Positions 32,419-43,710 of a stretch of DNA of 61,188 bases are shown one piece after another (position 1 is the stretch's first letter; every line of letters begins with the position of its first letter). The stretch comes from Zancudomyces culisetae HAW-14-8 (Eukaryota; Fungi; Kickxellomycota). A program made the translations under genes and the position numbers. The notes below the pieces were generated by a model. That model had not been told where the DNA came from. It saw only the letters and a list, made by a program, of their open reading frames with translations, and made no database searches. Where the stretch lies: contig JBNJNM010000018.1 in assembly GCA_052426225.1 (NCBI GenBank), forward strand, positions 1-61,188, written 5' to 3'.

Positions 32419-33367
32419 AGCGAAATTCTTTGTCATCTAATTAGTGACGCGCATGAATGGTAAAATGACTTTTCTTACTGTCTCAAAGATGAACTGAGTG
32501 AAATTACAATGTCCGTGCAGATGCGGACTACCATTAGCTAGACGGGAAGACCCTTTGAAGCTTTACTGTTAATAAATATCTTTAATTAAAATTTAAAATT
32601 AAGGTTATCTTTATTAGATTTACTTATCTTAAATTAAATTAAAAAAAATTGTTTATAAGACAGTTTTCTTGGGAGGAGATCCTCATAAAAAGTAACTGAG
32701 GAGTTCAAAGCTTTATTTAACCTGAAGGGAAATCAGGGAATGTTAATAACATTCTAAAAAGTATAATGATAAATAAAGTTGACGTTTAGGATCACAATCC
32801 AAAACGAGTCGTAAGACGGACATAGTGAACCGATAATATCAATATGGAATGGTTATCGATTATCGGAATAAGCTACTCAAGGGATAACAGGCTAGTTATG
32901 CATGATAGTACACATTGACTGCATAGCTCGGCACCTCGATGTCGACTCATCTTATCCTGGAGCAGAAGCATGTTCCAAGGGTTTGGCTGTTCGCCAAATA
33001 AAAAGGTACGTGAGTTGGGTTAAATACGTCGTAAGACAGTATGGATCCTATCTACTAATGGAAAACAAAAATAATAGGTTTTAATCGTAGTACGAAAGGA
33101 ATCGATAGAGTTAATCTCTTGTTTTTCAGTTATGTAAAAGTATAGCTGATAAGCTACATTAATAAAAGTTAATAACTGAAAGCATATAAAGTTAGAAACT
33201 AGCCTTAAAAATTTGTTAATTAGAAAGGATAAAGAAAATATCCAAATAGGTTATTAGTGATAATATAGTAATATAAAAGCTTAATAATACTAAAAATCAA
33301 GAAACTTAATAAAATATATTAATAAATAATATAAAAATGTTAATTAAAAGAAGAAATATATTCTATT

Positions 33368-34705
33368 TTAAGGTCGAGTTTAATCTTAGCTCAGCATGAA
33401 CGCTATTAATTAGCTTAACACATGTTAGTCGAAAGATCTATAGATCTTGGCGAAAGGGTGAGTAATAAATTATAATTTTACCTTTATGTTAGGTTAAATA
33501 CCTTAAAAGTTTAAATGAACGCATAAAGATAAGTTAAATTTTGGATTAGGTAGTAGGTAATTTAATAGATTACCTAACCGAAGATGCATAATTGATCTGA
33601 GAGGATGATCAATCACAGTGATAATGAAAAAAGGATCACACAAAATAAAATTTGTCAGCAGTGGGGAATATTGGACAAGTAGGGAAACCTAGCTCCAGCT
33701 AAATTATAGATATGATAATATCTAAGTATTATACATAATGAGTTATAAATATAAATAATATCCTGACTAATTTCGTGCCAGCAGTCGCGGTAATACGAAA
33801 AGGATAAGCGTTATGCATCTTTATTAGGTGTAAAGTGTAAATAGATTGTAATATAAAAATTTATTATATTACTAGAATGTTTAAAAAGGAAATAGGAATT
33901 TCTAGTGTAAGGTTGAAATCTGTAAATATTAGAAGGAACGCCATAAGGCTAATGCTAATTTCTTATATAACATTGACATTAAGTTACTAAAGTGTGGGGA
34001 GCAAATAGGATTAGATACCCTAGTAGTCCACAACGTAAATTATGAATGTTTTTGGTAGTTTAACTATCTTTAAAGATAACTTTAGAACATTCCACCTGGG
34101 AAGTATAAGGTCAACCTAGAAACCCAAAAGAAAAGATGGTCTTCCATACCAGCAGTGAAGCATGTTGTTTAATTAGATGATCCACTAATAATCTTACCTA
34201 TATCTTGATTATTTAATATTACAGGCGTTGCATGGCTGTGTGCAGTTCTTGTTGTAAAATATTATAAAGAACGTAACCCCTTAGTATTATTTATACTTAT
34301 ACTTTAAGGATTAACACAAGTCATCATGACCCTCATGATATAAGGGCTATAGACGTGCCACAATAGTTTTAACAATTTGTAGCTATATTTATAAAGCTAA
34401 TCTTTAAATATAACTTTAGTACAGATAATATTCTGAAACTCGAATATTTTAAGTAGGAATTGCTAGTAATCGTTAATCACTATGTAACGGTGAAATAATA
34501 AATGGAAGGTGTACTAATCGCCCGTCAAGGGCTGAAACAGATTGGTCTCGATTATATTTAAAATATTTTTATAATATAGTAAAGATTTACTTATTCATAT
34601 ACTAATTTATAATTCTATTTTAATACTATAATCAAAAATCAATCATTATCGGTTCTAAGTCGTAACTGGTAGGTGTAGGGGAACCTGTACCTGAATAGTA
34701 TTTTA
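33368..34705 (+). rRNA. rns: Small subunit rRNA (ends approximate)
   Basis: gagtttaatcttagctcag, gtgccagcagtcgcggtaatac, ggattagataccc, aagtcgtaac..gtaggggaacctg; followed by TAATACCCCCC at 34710. Confidence 0.94.
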
Positions 34706-35047
34706 CTTTTAATACCCCCCTTATTATAAAAATAATATTAGTATTTTAATAACATTCTTTTTTTATAAATTTTAAGGTAGTATATTTTTATTAATTTTTT
34801 AAAAGATTTATTTAATAAAATTTTCTATTTTTTATTAAAAATTTTTAATATCTTCTGTTCTTATGATTATTATATAAAAATTGTATTTTTTAATACTAAA
34901 TATCCTAATTATAAATAACTTATCTTTGATATTTTAAGATATTTTATAGTTATTATTTTAATCTAATAATTTTTTTTAAATCTTTTATAAATTATGATAT
35001 ATATAGATCCTCAATATATAATATTTTATAATAAATCTATAATAAAA

Positions 35048-35119
35048 ACTTATTTAGCTTAATGGATAAAGCAACGATTTTCTAAATCGTATATAAAGGT
35101 TCAATTCCTTTAATGAGTA
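35048..35119 (+). tRNA. trnR: tRNA-Arg(UCU)
   Basis: ACGAT TTTCTAA ATCGT arm. Confidence 0.92.
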
Positions 35120-36110
35120 TAATAATATTAAATTAAAAATTTATAAGGTTATAATTGATAAAATAGATATATCAAAATGAATTTATTTGTTTTTATTAAT
35201 ATTTTTTTAATCATAAATCATTAATTTTCAATATTTATAATATTTGAAAATTAATTTTTATTATGAAATTTTATCAAAAATAATATAAAAATTATTTCTT
35301 ATAAAAGAAAATATATTATCATTGTCTTCTCTATTATTATTATCTTATATATTATTTTTTGATTATTTTCTATTTAATTTATAAAAATATATAATTAATT
35401 TTTCTAATAATTTTTTATCATATATGAATAAATAAAAATTAATTATATAGATAATAAAACATTATGGATTAAAGATCAAACTATTAAATTTTAAAGAATA
35501 TTCAATAAATTATAATAAAGTAGATACTATTAGTTTATATAAATAATTAAAATATATTATATTAAATTTAAAAATAGATTTAAATAATTACATTACCACA
35601 ATGTTCTATGAAAATATTTTAATCACTATTTTTAATGATAATACGTTTATTATCATATTATTAGTTATAGCTTTTTATGATAGAAATTATATGAATAAAT
35701 ATTATATTGATTCTTTAATATTAGATATATCTTTAAATAATAATGAAATACCTAAATTTTTAAATATAATTGAAAAAGGTTAATTTATCTAAATTATATT
35801 ATTTAAGGATTAATTAAAATATTTCTTTAAATAAATATTGATTATAAATTTATAAAAAAATTTTATAAGGATCTTATTAATGAAATATATATATCATTAA
35901 ATTCATTTTTCTTTTATAAGATTTTATTAATATTTTTTTAATTATTGATTTTTTAATACCAAATATCTTAAGATATTTTATTTTATTTAAATCTTAATAT
36001 AAATAATTTATATTATAGATAATTTAAATAGGTTATATATTATAATTAATTATAAGAAAAATTTTTTTTAATATTTTTATATAAATCCTTTAGAATTATA
36101 ATATATATAT

Positions 36111-36183
36111 TCGGATAGATAAGACTTGAACTTATAATCCTCCAGTCCCAAACCAGATGCGTTACCTATTACGCTACTATCCG
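36111..36183 (-). tRNA. trnP: tRNA-Pro(UGG)
   Basis: CGGATAG acceptor, TTTGGGA loop. Confidence 0.92.
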
Positions 36184-36516
36184 ATTTAATAATTTTTTTA
36201 GTTTAAATATATATAATTTCACTCTATTCATTAAATTAAGATTTATTAAATAATATATAATTTTATATGATACTAAAATTTCTTATTAAAATTTGGATTT
36301 TATTCATAAAATTATTATTTTTTACTTTTTTATTTTACTAATGATATGATTATTATTATATATAACAATTTATTCTTATATTATTTAATTAATAAGTATT
36401 TAAAGTAATATATTTATATAAGAAATATTTTATTTATAATTCTTATTATATCTACCAAATATCTAAAATATCAAATACTACTATTAAAAAAATATTAGTA
36501 TTATATTTTTTATTAT

Positions 36517-37081
36517 GATTATCAATTTGATAAAGGTCAAATATTTAACAATTTTGTTAATAAATTATATGAAATTAAAAGTGATATTTTATCTACTCCT
36601 ATTGATAAACAAACAGCTAAATTATTATTAAATTCATTATATGGACGTATGGAATTATCTGATAAAAAAACATAAAACTATTATTTTAAATGATAATCAA
36701 ATTTATAATTATTTAAATAAAATTGATTTTAAACTAATTACAGAATTAGAAGATAATATATCATTATATTCTTATATTGATGATGATAATAATACTAATT
36801 CATTTTCTAATGTAGCTATTGCAGCTTATGCAAGAATAGAAATATATAAATATAAAACTATAAATAATAATACTTGTTTTTATAGTGATACTGATAGTGT
36901 AGTTTTACAAAAACCTTTAAGTGATAAATTAATAGGTAAAGAAATAGGTAAAATGAAATTAGAATATGAAATAAAAAGAGCTATATTTATATCACCTAAA
37001 ACTTATATATTACAATTATACAATGGAAATTATGTTTCAAAAATTAAAGGTTATTCAAATAATTTAACTTTTGAAGAATAG
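36517..37081 (+). pseudogene. dpo: C-terminal fragment of a linear-plasmid family B DNA polymerase, frameshifted
   Basis: AKLLLNSLYGR in one frame; AYARI, FYSDTDS, EIGKMKLE, FISPKTY in another. Confidence 0.88.
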
Positions 37082-37602
37082 AAATATATAAATATAAAAT
37101 TATACTATTTGTATCAGAATAATAAACATCATTATTTAAAATATTTTTATATTTATATTATTTAACTGTATATTATTAAAATTATAAACTTTATTATTTA
37201 TTAAAAATTATATATTTGGTATATTTATCTATAATGATTTATTTTTTATAATAAACATAGTATTTTTATTATTATATATTATAGTATAAATATAACACAT
37301 TAATAATATCAAAAATATTTAATATATATTCTTAATATTTAATAAGTATTTAGTATGAATAAAAATTAACTAATAATTTATTTTATTATATTCATTAATT
37401 ATTGATTAATATAATTTTTATAATGAAAAACTAAAAACAATTATATTATAAAAATATAAATTTTAATACTTTTTTTGTAAAATATTAATCTTATATATTA
37501 TTAATTTATATTTATTAATTCTATTATTAAAAAAATCTTTGTTTGTATTATTTAACCAGAAAAATATTTCTTAAAAAAATTATTATAATATATAGTTATT
37601 AA

Positions 37603-37755
37603 ATGCCTCATTTAATTCCTTTTACATTTTTTCATCAAATATCTTTTGCTTTATTTTTAATTTCAACATTAGTTTATTTATTTTCTGTATATATATTTCC
37701 TTATTTTATATTAAGAGATATATCTAGATTAATAATATTATATCCTTATAAATAA
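37603..37755 (+). CDS. atp8: ATP synthase subunit 8 (50 aa, absent from the ORF track)
   Basis: MPHLIPFTFFHQISF...ISRLIILYPYK*; stop fused to TAATACCCC. Confidence 0.92.
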   Translation: MPHLIPFTFFHQISFALFLISTLVYLFSVYIFPYFILRDISRLIILYPYK

Positions 37756-38483
37756 TACCCCTTTTATAATAAAAATAATAAAAATTTAGTAATACTAGTA
37801 ATGTTATTAAAACAATTTTTTTAATTATAATTTTTATCTATGGTTATAGAATAAGACATACCTATTTCTTTATTATAATAATAAAATTATATAATCATAG
37901 GTTATAGAATATGACAAACGAATAAAATATTAATTATAGAAAAAAAGATGAAAAAAATGAAAGGTTATAGAGAAATAAAAAAAATAAGGAATGCTATTAT
38001 AAAATTTAATAAATATCTTTATAAGGTATGGAATTATTTAGCTAGTATTTTATACCTAATAATTATATGAATATATTTATCTCTAAAAGGTGTAGAATTA
38101 TTATTAGTATTTAATATCTAATAAAATTTCTCCTATATAAGTAAAAATTATTTATAATATATTAGCAATATATTCTAATATTTAAAATATTTATCTTAAG
38201 ATAAAATAGATATAATAAAATAGGCTATATATATTTTATATAGAATTATTATAAATATAAGTTAAAATTGATTATTATAATCTTTTAATAATATATAATT
38301 CTTATCTAAAATGACTAATATTTTAAATATAATTAAATATTTATCAATAGATATTTGTTATAACAGTTAATTTAATCAATTAATATGAAAAAATGTATAT
38401 AAGGAGAAATTTATAAAAATAGATATAATAAATTATAAAATATCTATAATATCATATTTTAAATAGTTTTATTATAATATATA

Positions 38484-39923
38484 TTATATAATAAAAGGGG
38501 TATTAAATAAATTAAATATTAAATTACCATTTAATACAAATGTTAAAGTTAAAAAAGTAAAAAATGAAATAACTATACTAATAGTTTCATTAAGATGTAT
38601 AGATTTATAATTCATATATATATTATCATCAAAATTAATAATTTTTATAATTCTTAAATAATAAACACATGAAATAACACTACATAATAAAGATATAAAA
38701 GTAATAAAATAATATTCTAAATTAAAAGAATCTAATAAAATAAAATATTTAGAATAAAATCCTAAAAAAGGAGGTATACCAGCTAAAGAAAAAAATGAAA
38801 TTATTAAAGAAAATGATAATAATTTATTATTATAAACAAAACCTTTTAATTCACTTAATAATTCTATATTTTTAGATAAATTTATAGAATTTAATATAAA
38901 AAATATATTTATAGATGTAATAACATACACAACAATATAGAATATTGTGGTAAAAGTATTTATATAATAAATACAAGAAATACTTAATAATATAAATCCT
39001 AGATGTACAATAGAACTATATGCTAATAAACGTTTTATTCTAAATATTAATAAACCCATAATAGAACCTATTATAAGAGAACAGAAAGAAGAAAAAAGAG
39101 TTAAATTAGAAAGTAAAGGATAAATAAAAAGTGGATGTAAAGATAAAAATATTAAAAAAGGTATTTTTGGTACTATACTTATCCAAGTTGTAACTATAGT
39201 AGGTACACCATCATAAACATCTGGTGCCCAATTATGAAATGGTGCACATCCTAATTTTAATAATAATCCTACTATAATTAAAGTACTACCTATTTTATAT
39301 ATTTCTAATTTATTATTAAATATATTTAATAATTCTATTATATTAGTTATATTTGTTAATCCTGTATCTCCATATATAAATACTGATCCTAATAATATAA
39401 ATACTGATCCTAATGAACCTATTAATAAATATTTTAAACCAGCATATATACCTGATAAATTATTTTTATTAAAACCTAATCCTTCATATATTTCATCATT
39501 TTTATATAATGATGCTGATATATATAAAGGAAAACTTATTAATTCTATAGCTAATGACATTGTAACTAAATCATTACTTATTAATAAAAAATTCATACCT
39601 AATATACTTAATAATATTATTAAAGTATATTCACTAGATCTTAATATATTTTTTCTTGTTTTACCTGATTCTCCTAATAATAATACTAATGTTATTGTAA
39701 ACCATACTATTAATTGACCTATTATTTGATTTATTGATATATATCCTAATGAATTATATATTGATATTCCGTAATTATAAAATACATTGGTATTAAATAT
39801 TATTGTTAATAATATTATACTACAATATATACTTATTAATATACTAATTCTATTTATATACACAGGTTTTAAAATTTTAAAACTTAATATTATTATAAAT
39901 AATATTATACTTATTGTTAACAT
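38484..39923 (-). CDS. nad2: NADH dehydrogenase subunit 2
   Basis: KLGCAPFHNWAPDVYDG, IKRLLAYSSI, SLAGIPPFLGF. Confidence 0.97.
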   Translation of the reverse strand: MLTISIILFIIILSFKILKPVYINRISILISIYCSIILLTIIFNTNVFYNYGISIYNSLGYISINQIIGQLIVWFTITLVLLLGESGKTRKNILRSSEYTLIILLSILGMNFLLISNDLVTMSLAIELISFPLYISASLYKNDEIYEGLGFNKNNLSGIYAGLKYLLIGSLGSVFILLGSVFIYGDTGLTNITNIIELLNIFNNKLEIYKIGSTLIIVGLLLKLGCAPFHNWAPDVYDGVPTIVTTWISIVPKIPFLIFLSLHPLFIYPLLSNLTLFSSFCSLIIGSIMGLLIFRIKRLLAYSSIVHLGFILLSISCIYYINTFTTIFYIVVYVITSINIFFILNSINLSKNIELLSELKGFVYNNKLLSFSLIISFFSLAGIPPFLGFYSKYFILLDSFNLEYYFITFISLLCSVISCVYYLRIIKIINFDDNIYMNYKSIHLNETISIVISFFTFLTLTFVLNGNLIFNLFNTPFII

Positions 39924-40898
39924 TCTTTTTTTTTTACTATTTATTTTTATTTATAGTATATAATACTATTAATTTTTTATATCCCTTACCTCACCTCCCT
40001 TAATATATTTATTTATTTTTGATATATAAAATAATATATTTTTAATAGTTTTTTTATTTTTAGTAATAATATATTACCTTATTTTTTTATTAAGTCTTTT
40101 ATACTAGTTAAAAATTCTTTTTTAGTACACTTTATAGAGATATTTTTTTATCAAATAAAATATTTAGGTATTTTATATTTGTTATAATTGCATATAGAGA
40201 ATAATATATTACCTTTTTTAGGTATTTTATACTTATTTTTATTGATTTTTAAAGATTTATATATATAACCTAAATAAATTATAGATAAAATTCTTAAAAT
40301 AAAATATCTTTAGGATATTTGGTATAATAAAATGATATATTATTCTTATATATAACCTGTTTAAATATCTAAATATATTAAGAATGTTCTTATATATAGC
40401 CAGTTAAAATATCTATAGATATTTGGTATCTATAACAGTTAATTAAATCAATTAATATGAAAAAATGGTATAATCTATAAACACTTATATAAAATATCTT
40501 AAAATAAATATTTTTAACTAAATATTAGTCTTTAGATAAGTAATTTATAATTAGGATATTAAGAATATAAAAAAATATTATAACTTATATAAGAATAGTA
40601 ATTGATATATATATTAATATTAACAAATTTCTATAAATATAAAATACTAGTATAATTTGTATAGTATATGATATTATTTTCTAAATATCTATAGATAAAT
40701 ATTTTTTTATATTAGTATCCTTATATATAGCCACTTATTAAAAAATAATATATTATGGTAATTTATATCCACTAATTTAATATATAAAATGAATCATATA
40801 TTATGATAATATATAGCCACTTAAAATATCTAAAGATATCTTAGATAAATATAAAAAAAAATATTAATAATATTATATAAAATAATTTAAGGGGGGTA

Positions 40899-42848
40899 TT
40901 AAATAAATAATAATGTTAAAACAAAAAATAAAATAATTAATGGTTTTATAAATAATAAAAAGAAGAAAATTATTAAACTTAATATTATATAAACACCATA
41001 ATGTGGTATTATACCTGTATCATAATAAGAAATAGATATATTAATATTTTTAAATATTTTAATAAATCCTGTAGGTCCTAAAAATTCAAATACACCTTGA
41101 TCTAAAACTTTATTAGTTAAATTAGAAAAATAAAAATAAGGTTTTATTATAAAAGAAGCATAAATAGCATCTAAATAATAACCATTACTAAAAATATATT
41201 TAAATTTAGAAAAATAATTTAATTTAGGTATAGTAGATCTTATTGCTAAGAATTCTGAATTATAAAAATAATAAAATATAGTAAAAAATAAAGCTATTAA
41301 ACTAAGACATAAAGGTAATAAAGAATAAAAATTTGAATTAGAAAATTCAGCTTCTAAAAGATTTAATGAATAAGAAATAGATAATGAATTACCCCAAAAA
41401 GGAGTACCAAAACCAATAAATAAATCTTTAAAAAAATATCCAAAAAATATACTAAATATTGTTAAAAATATAATAGGAATAGTAATATAAATTGAATGAT
41501 TAGATTCTAAAATATAATGTTTTTTAGGTCCATAAGGTTTTATTAAATATACTAAACAAATTAATTTTATAGAATAAATACTTGTTAAAAAAGCTGTTAT
41601 TGTACCAAACCAATAAGCAAAAGAACCTATATAAATATAAGTACCTAAAGATGCAGCAATTATAAAATCTTTAGAATAAAAACCTGTTAAAAAAGGAAAT
41701 GCCATTAAACTTAAAGAACCTGAAAATATAGCTATATATATTAAAGGATCTATATTTATAAAACCACCTATTTTATATATATTTTGTTCATCATAAATAG
41801 AATGTAAAATCGCACCAGCTGATAAAAATAATAATGCTTTAAAAAATCCATGATTTACAATATGAAATATAGCTATATCATATTGACATATACCACATGC
41901 TATAAAACAATAAGCTAATTGACTCATTGTTGAATATGCTATTATTTTTTTTATATCATTTTGTGTTAAAGCCATTAATGCAGCTAATAATGCTGATATA
42001 CTACCTATAAGAATTATTAATGTTAATGTTATATTAGAATATTGTAAAACCGGTGATATTCTAATTAATAAATATACACCTGCTGTAACCATTGTAGCTG
42101 CATGTAATAATGCTGATACAGGTGTAGGACCTTCCATAGCTCTAGGTAACCAAGTATTTAAACCTAATTGTGCACTTTTAGCCATAGCACCTATAAATAA
42201 TGGTATTACAAATAAAGTTATATTTGTATTTTCTTCTATATTATGTGCTACACTAAATATTGTTGTAAATGATATAGAACCAAAAATATAAAATATTATA
42301 TATATACCTATACTAATAGACCAATCACCTACTCTATTCATTATTAATGCTAACATAGCTGATTTATTAGCTTCTAAACGTGTATACCAAAAATTTATTA
42401 ATAAAAATGAACATATACCAATACCTTCCCAACCTATAAATAAAAATAAAAGATTATCTGCTGATATTAATAATAACATAAAAAATGTAAATAAAGATAA
42501 ATAAGAAAAAAATCTTTGTTTATGAGGATCTCCTTCCATATAACCTATTGAAAATATATGAACACATGTTGATATTAATGTTACTAATATAGCCATTGAT
42601 ACTGTTAAACTATCTAAATATAAACCCCAATTTATTTCTAATAATTCTAGATCAATCCAATTTATATAAGAAAAAGCTAAAGGTGAACCTGTTATACCTA
42701 TTTCATAAAAACTTATTATAGCTAATATAGCTGTTATACCTATACATATACTACTTATTATACCTGATCCTTTTTGTCCTATATAACGACCTAATAAACC
42801 TGATATAATTGCACTTATTAAAGGTATTATTATTAAAATAGTATACAT
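40899..42848 (-). CDS. nad5: NADH dehydrogenase subunit 5
   Basis: WLPRAMEGPTPVSALLHAATMV, DIKKIIAYSTMSQL, GFYSKD. Confidence 0.97.
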   Translation of the reverse strand: MYTILIIIPLISAIISGLLGRYIGQKGSGIISSICIGITAILAIISFYEIGITGSPLAFSYINWIDLELLEINWGLYLDSLTVSMAILVTLISTCVHIFSIGYMEGDPHKQRFFSYLSLFTFFMLLLISADNLLFLFIGWEGIGICSFLLINFWYTRLEANKSAMLALIMNRVGDWSISIGIYIIFYIFGSISFTTIFSVAHNIEENTNITLFVIPLFIGAMAKSAQLGLNTWLPRAMEGPTPVSALLHAATMVTAGVYLLIRISPVLQYSNITLTLIILIGSISALLAALMALTQNDIKKIIAYSTMSQLAYCFIACGICQYDIAIFHIVNHGFFKALLFLSAGAILHSIYDEQNIYKIGGFINIDPLIYIAIFSGSLSLMAFPFLTGFYSKDFIIAASLGTYIYIGSFAYWFGTITAFLTSIYSIKLICLVYLIKPYGPKKHYILESNHSIYITIPIIFLTIFSIFFGYFFKDLFIGFGTPFWGNSLSISYSLNLLEAEFSNSNFYSLLPLCLSLIALFFTIFYYFYNSEFLAIRSTIPKLNYFSKFKYIFSNGYYLDAIYASFIIKPYFYFSNLTNKVLDQGVFEFLGPTGFIKIFKNINISISYYDTGIIPHYGVYIILSLIIFFFLLFIKPLIILFFVLTLLFI

Positions 42849-42911
42849 TTTATAATATTTAAATCCATTTTTATTTTTTATTATTTTTATACTTTACTCA
42901 TTATTTTTTAA

Positions 42912-42983
42912 TAGGAATTAGTAGATTCGAACTACTTCTCTTTATTTGTAAGATAAATGCTCTACCTATTAAGCTAAATCCCT
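42912..42983 (-). tRNA. trnV: tRNA-Val(UAC)
   Basis: TTTAT CTTACAA ATAAA arm. Confidence 0.92.
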
Positions 42984-43710
42984 TTTTTTTAAATATAAAA
43001 AAGATTTATTTAATAAAAAAACATTTAAAATACTAAATATCAATGATATATTTTATATAATTATTAAAATATTATTCAACTTAATATTTCTTTTTTCTAT
43101 ATTCACCATTATTATTTTATAATTTTTTTGTTTTTATATAAGTCTTTATATATTTTATATTTTTTAAGTTTATATTACCTAATTATTTATATAATATTTT
43201 TATATATTTTTACTAGTTATATATACCAAATATCTAAAAATATTAGGATTAATATTTTTAACTAAATATCAATTGATATTTTTTATTCTAATAATTTGTA
43301 TTTTAATACCAATAACCAAATAAAATATCAAAGAGTAAATATCTTTAGATAAATATTTAAAAATATTAGTAATTTCTATACAAGTTATATATTATAGAAA
43401 TACTTACTGATATTAAAAAAAAAAATAATTTATATAAATGTATTATAATCATATAAAAATTTAATTTATCTATTAATATATAAACATTGATTCGAATAAG
43501 ATTATAAGTTAACCCTTAAATAACTTATAATTTTTAGCTATAAATATAATATTTTATTTCTGTTATAAATAATTTATACTAGTAATGATAACATTGTATT
43601 AATATTCTAGTTAGAAATAACTTATCTTTGATATTTTAGATATTTGGTAGATATAATATATAAGAATATTATTGATTTTTTATAATCGATATTTATAAAA
43701 AAAATAAGAA

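Larger units (their letters stand above)
29365..33310 (+). rRNA. rnl: Large subunit rRNA (ends approximate), one intron
   Basis: gaactcggcaaa, cctaaggt/agcgaaattc, gggataacaggct, cacctcgatgtcg, sarcin-ricin loop agtacgaaagga. Confidence 0.93.

Noticed and set aside
29713-33084. ORFs 29713-30000, 30372-30572 and 32902-33084
   Set aside because: They lie within conserved rnl sequence
35380-35880. Possible further plasmid gene remnants (also about 780-1240, 37800-38150, 56640-56990)
   Set aside because: Coding-like texture but no motif I can identify; needs a translated search
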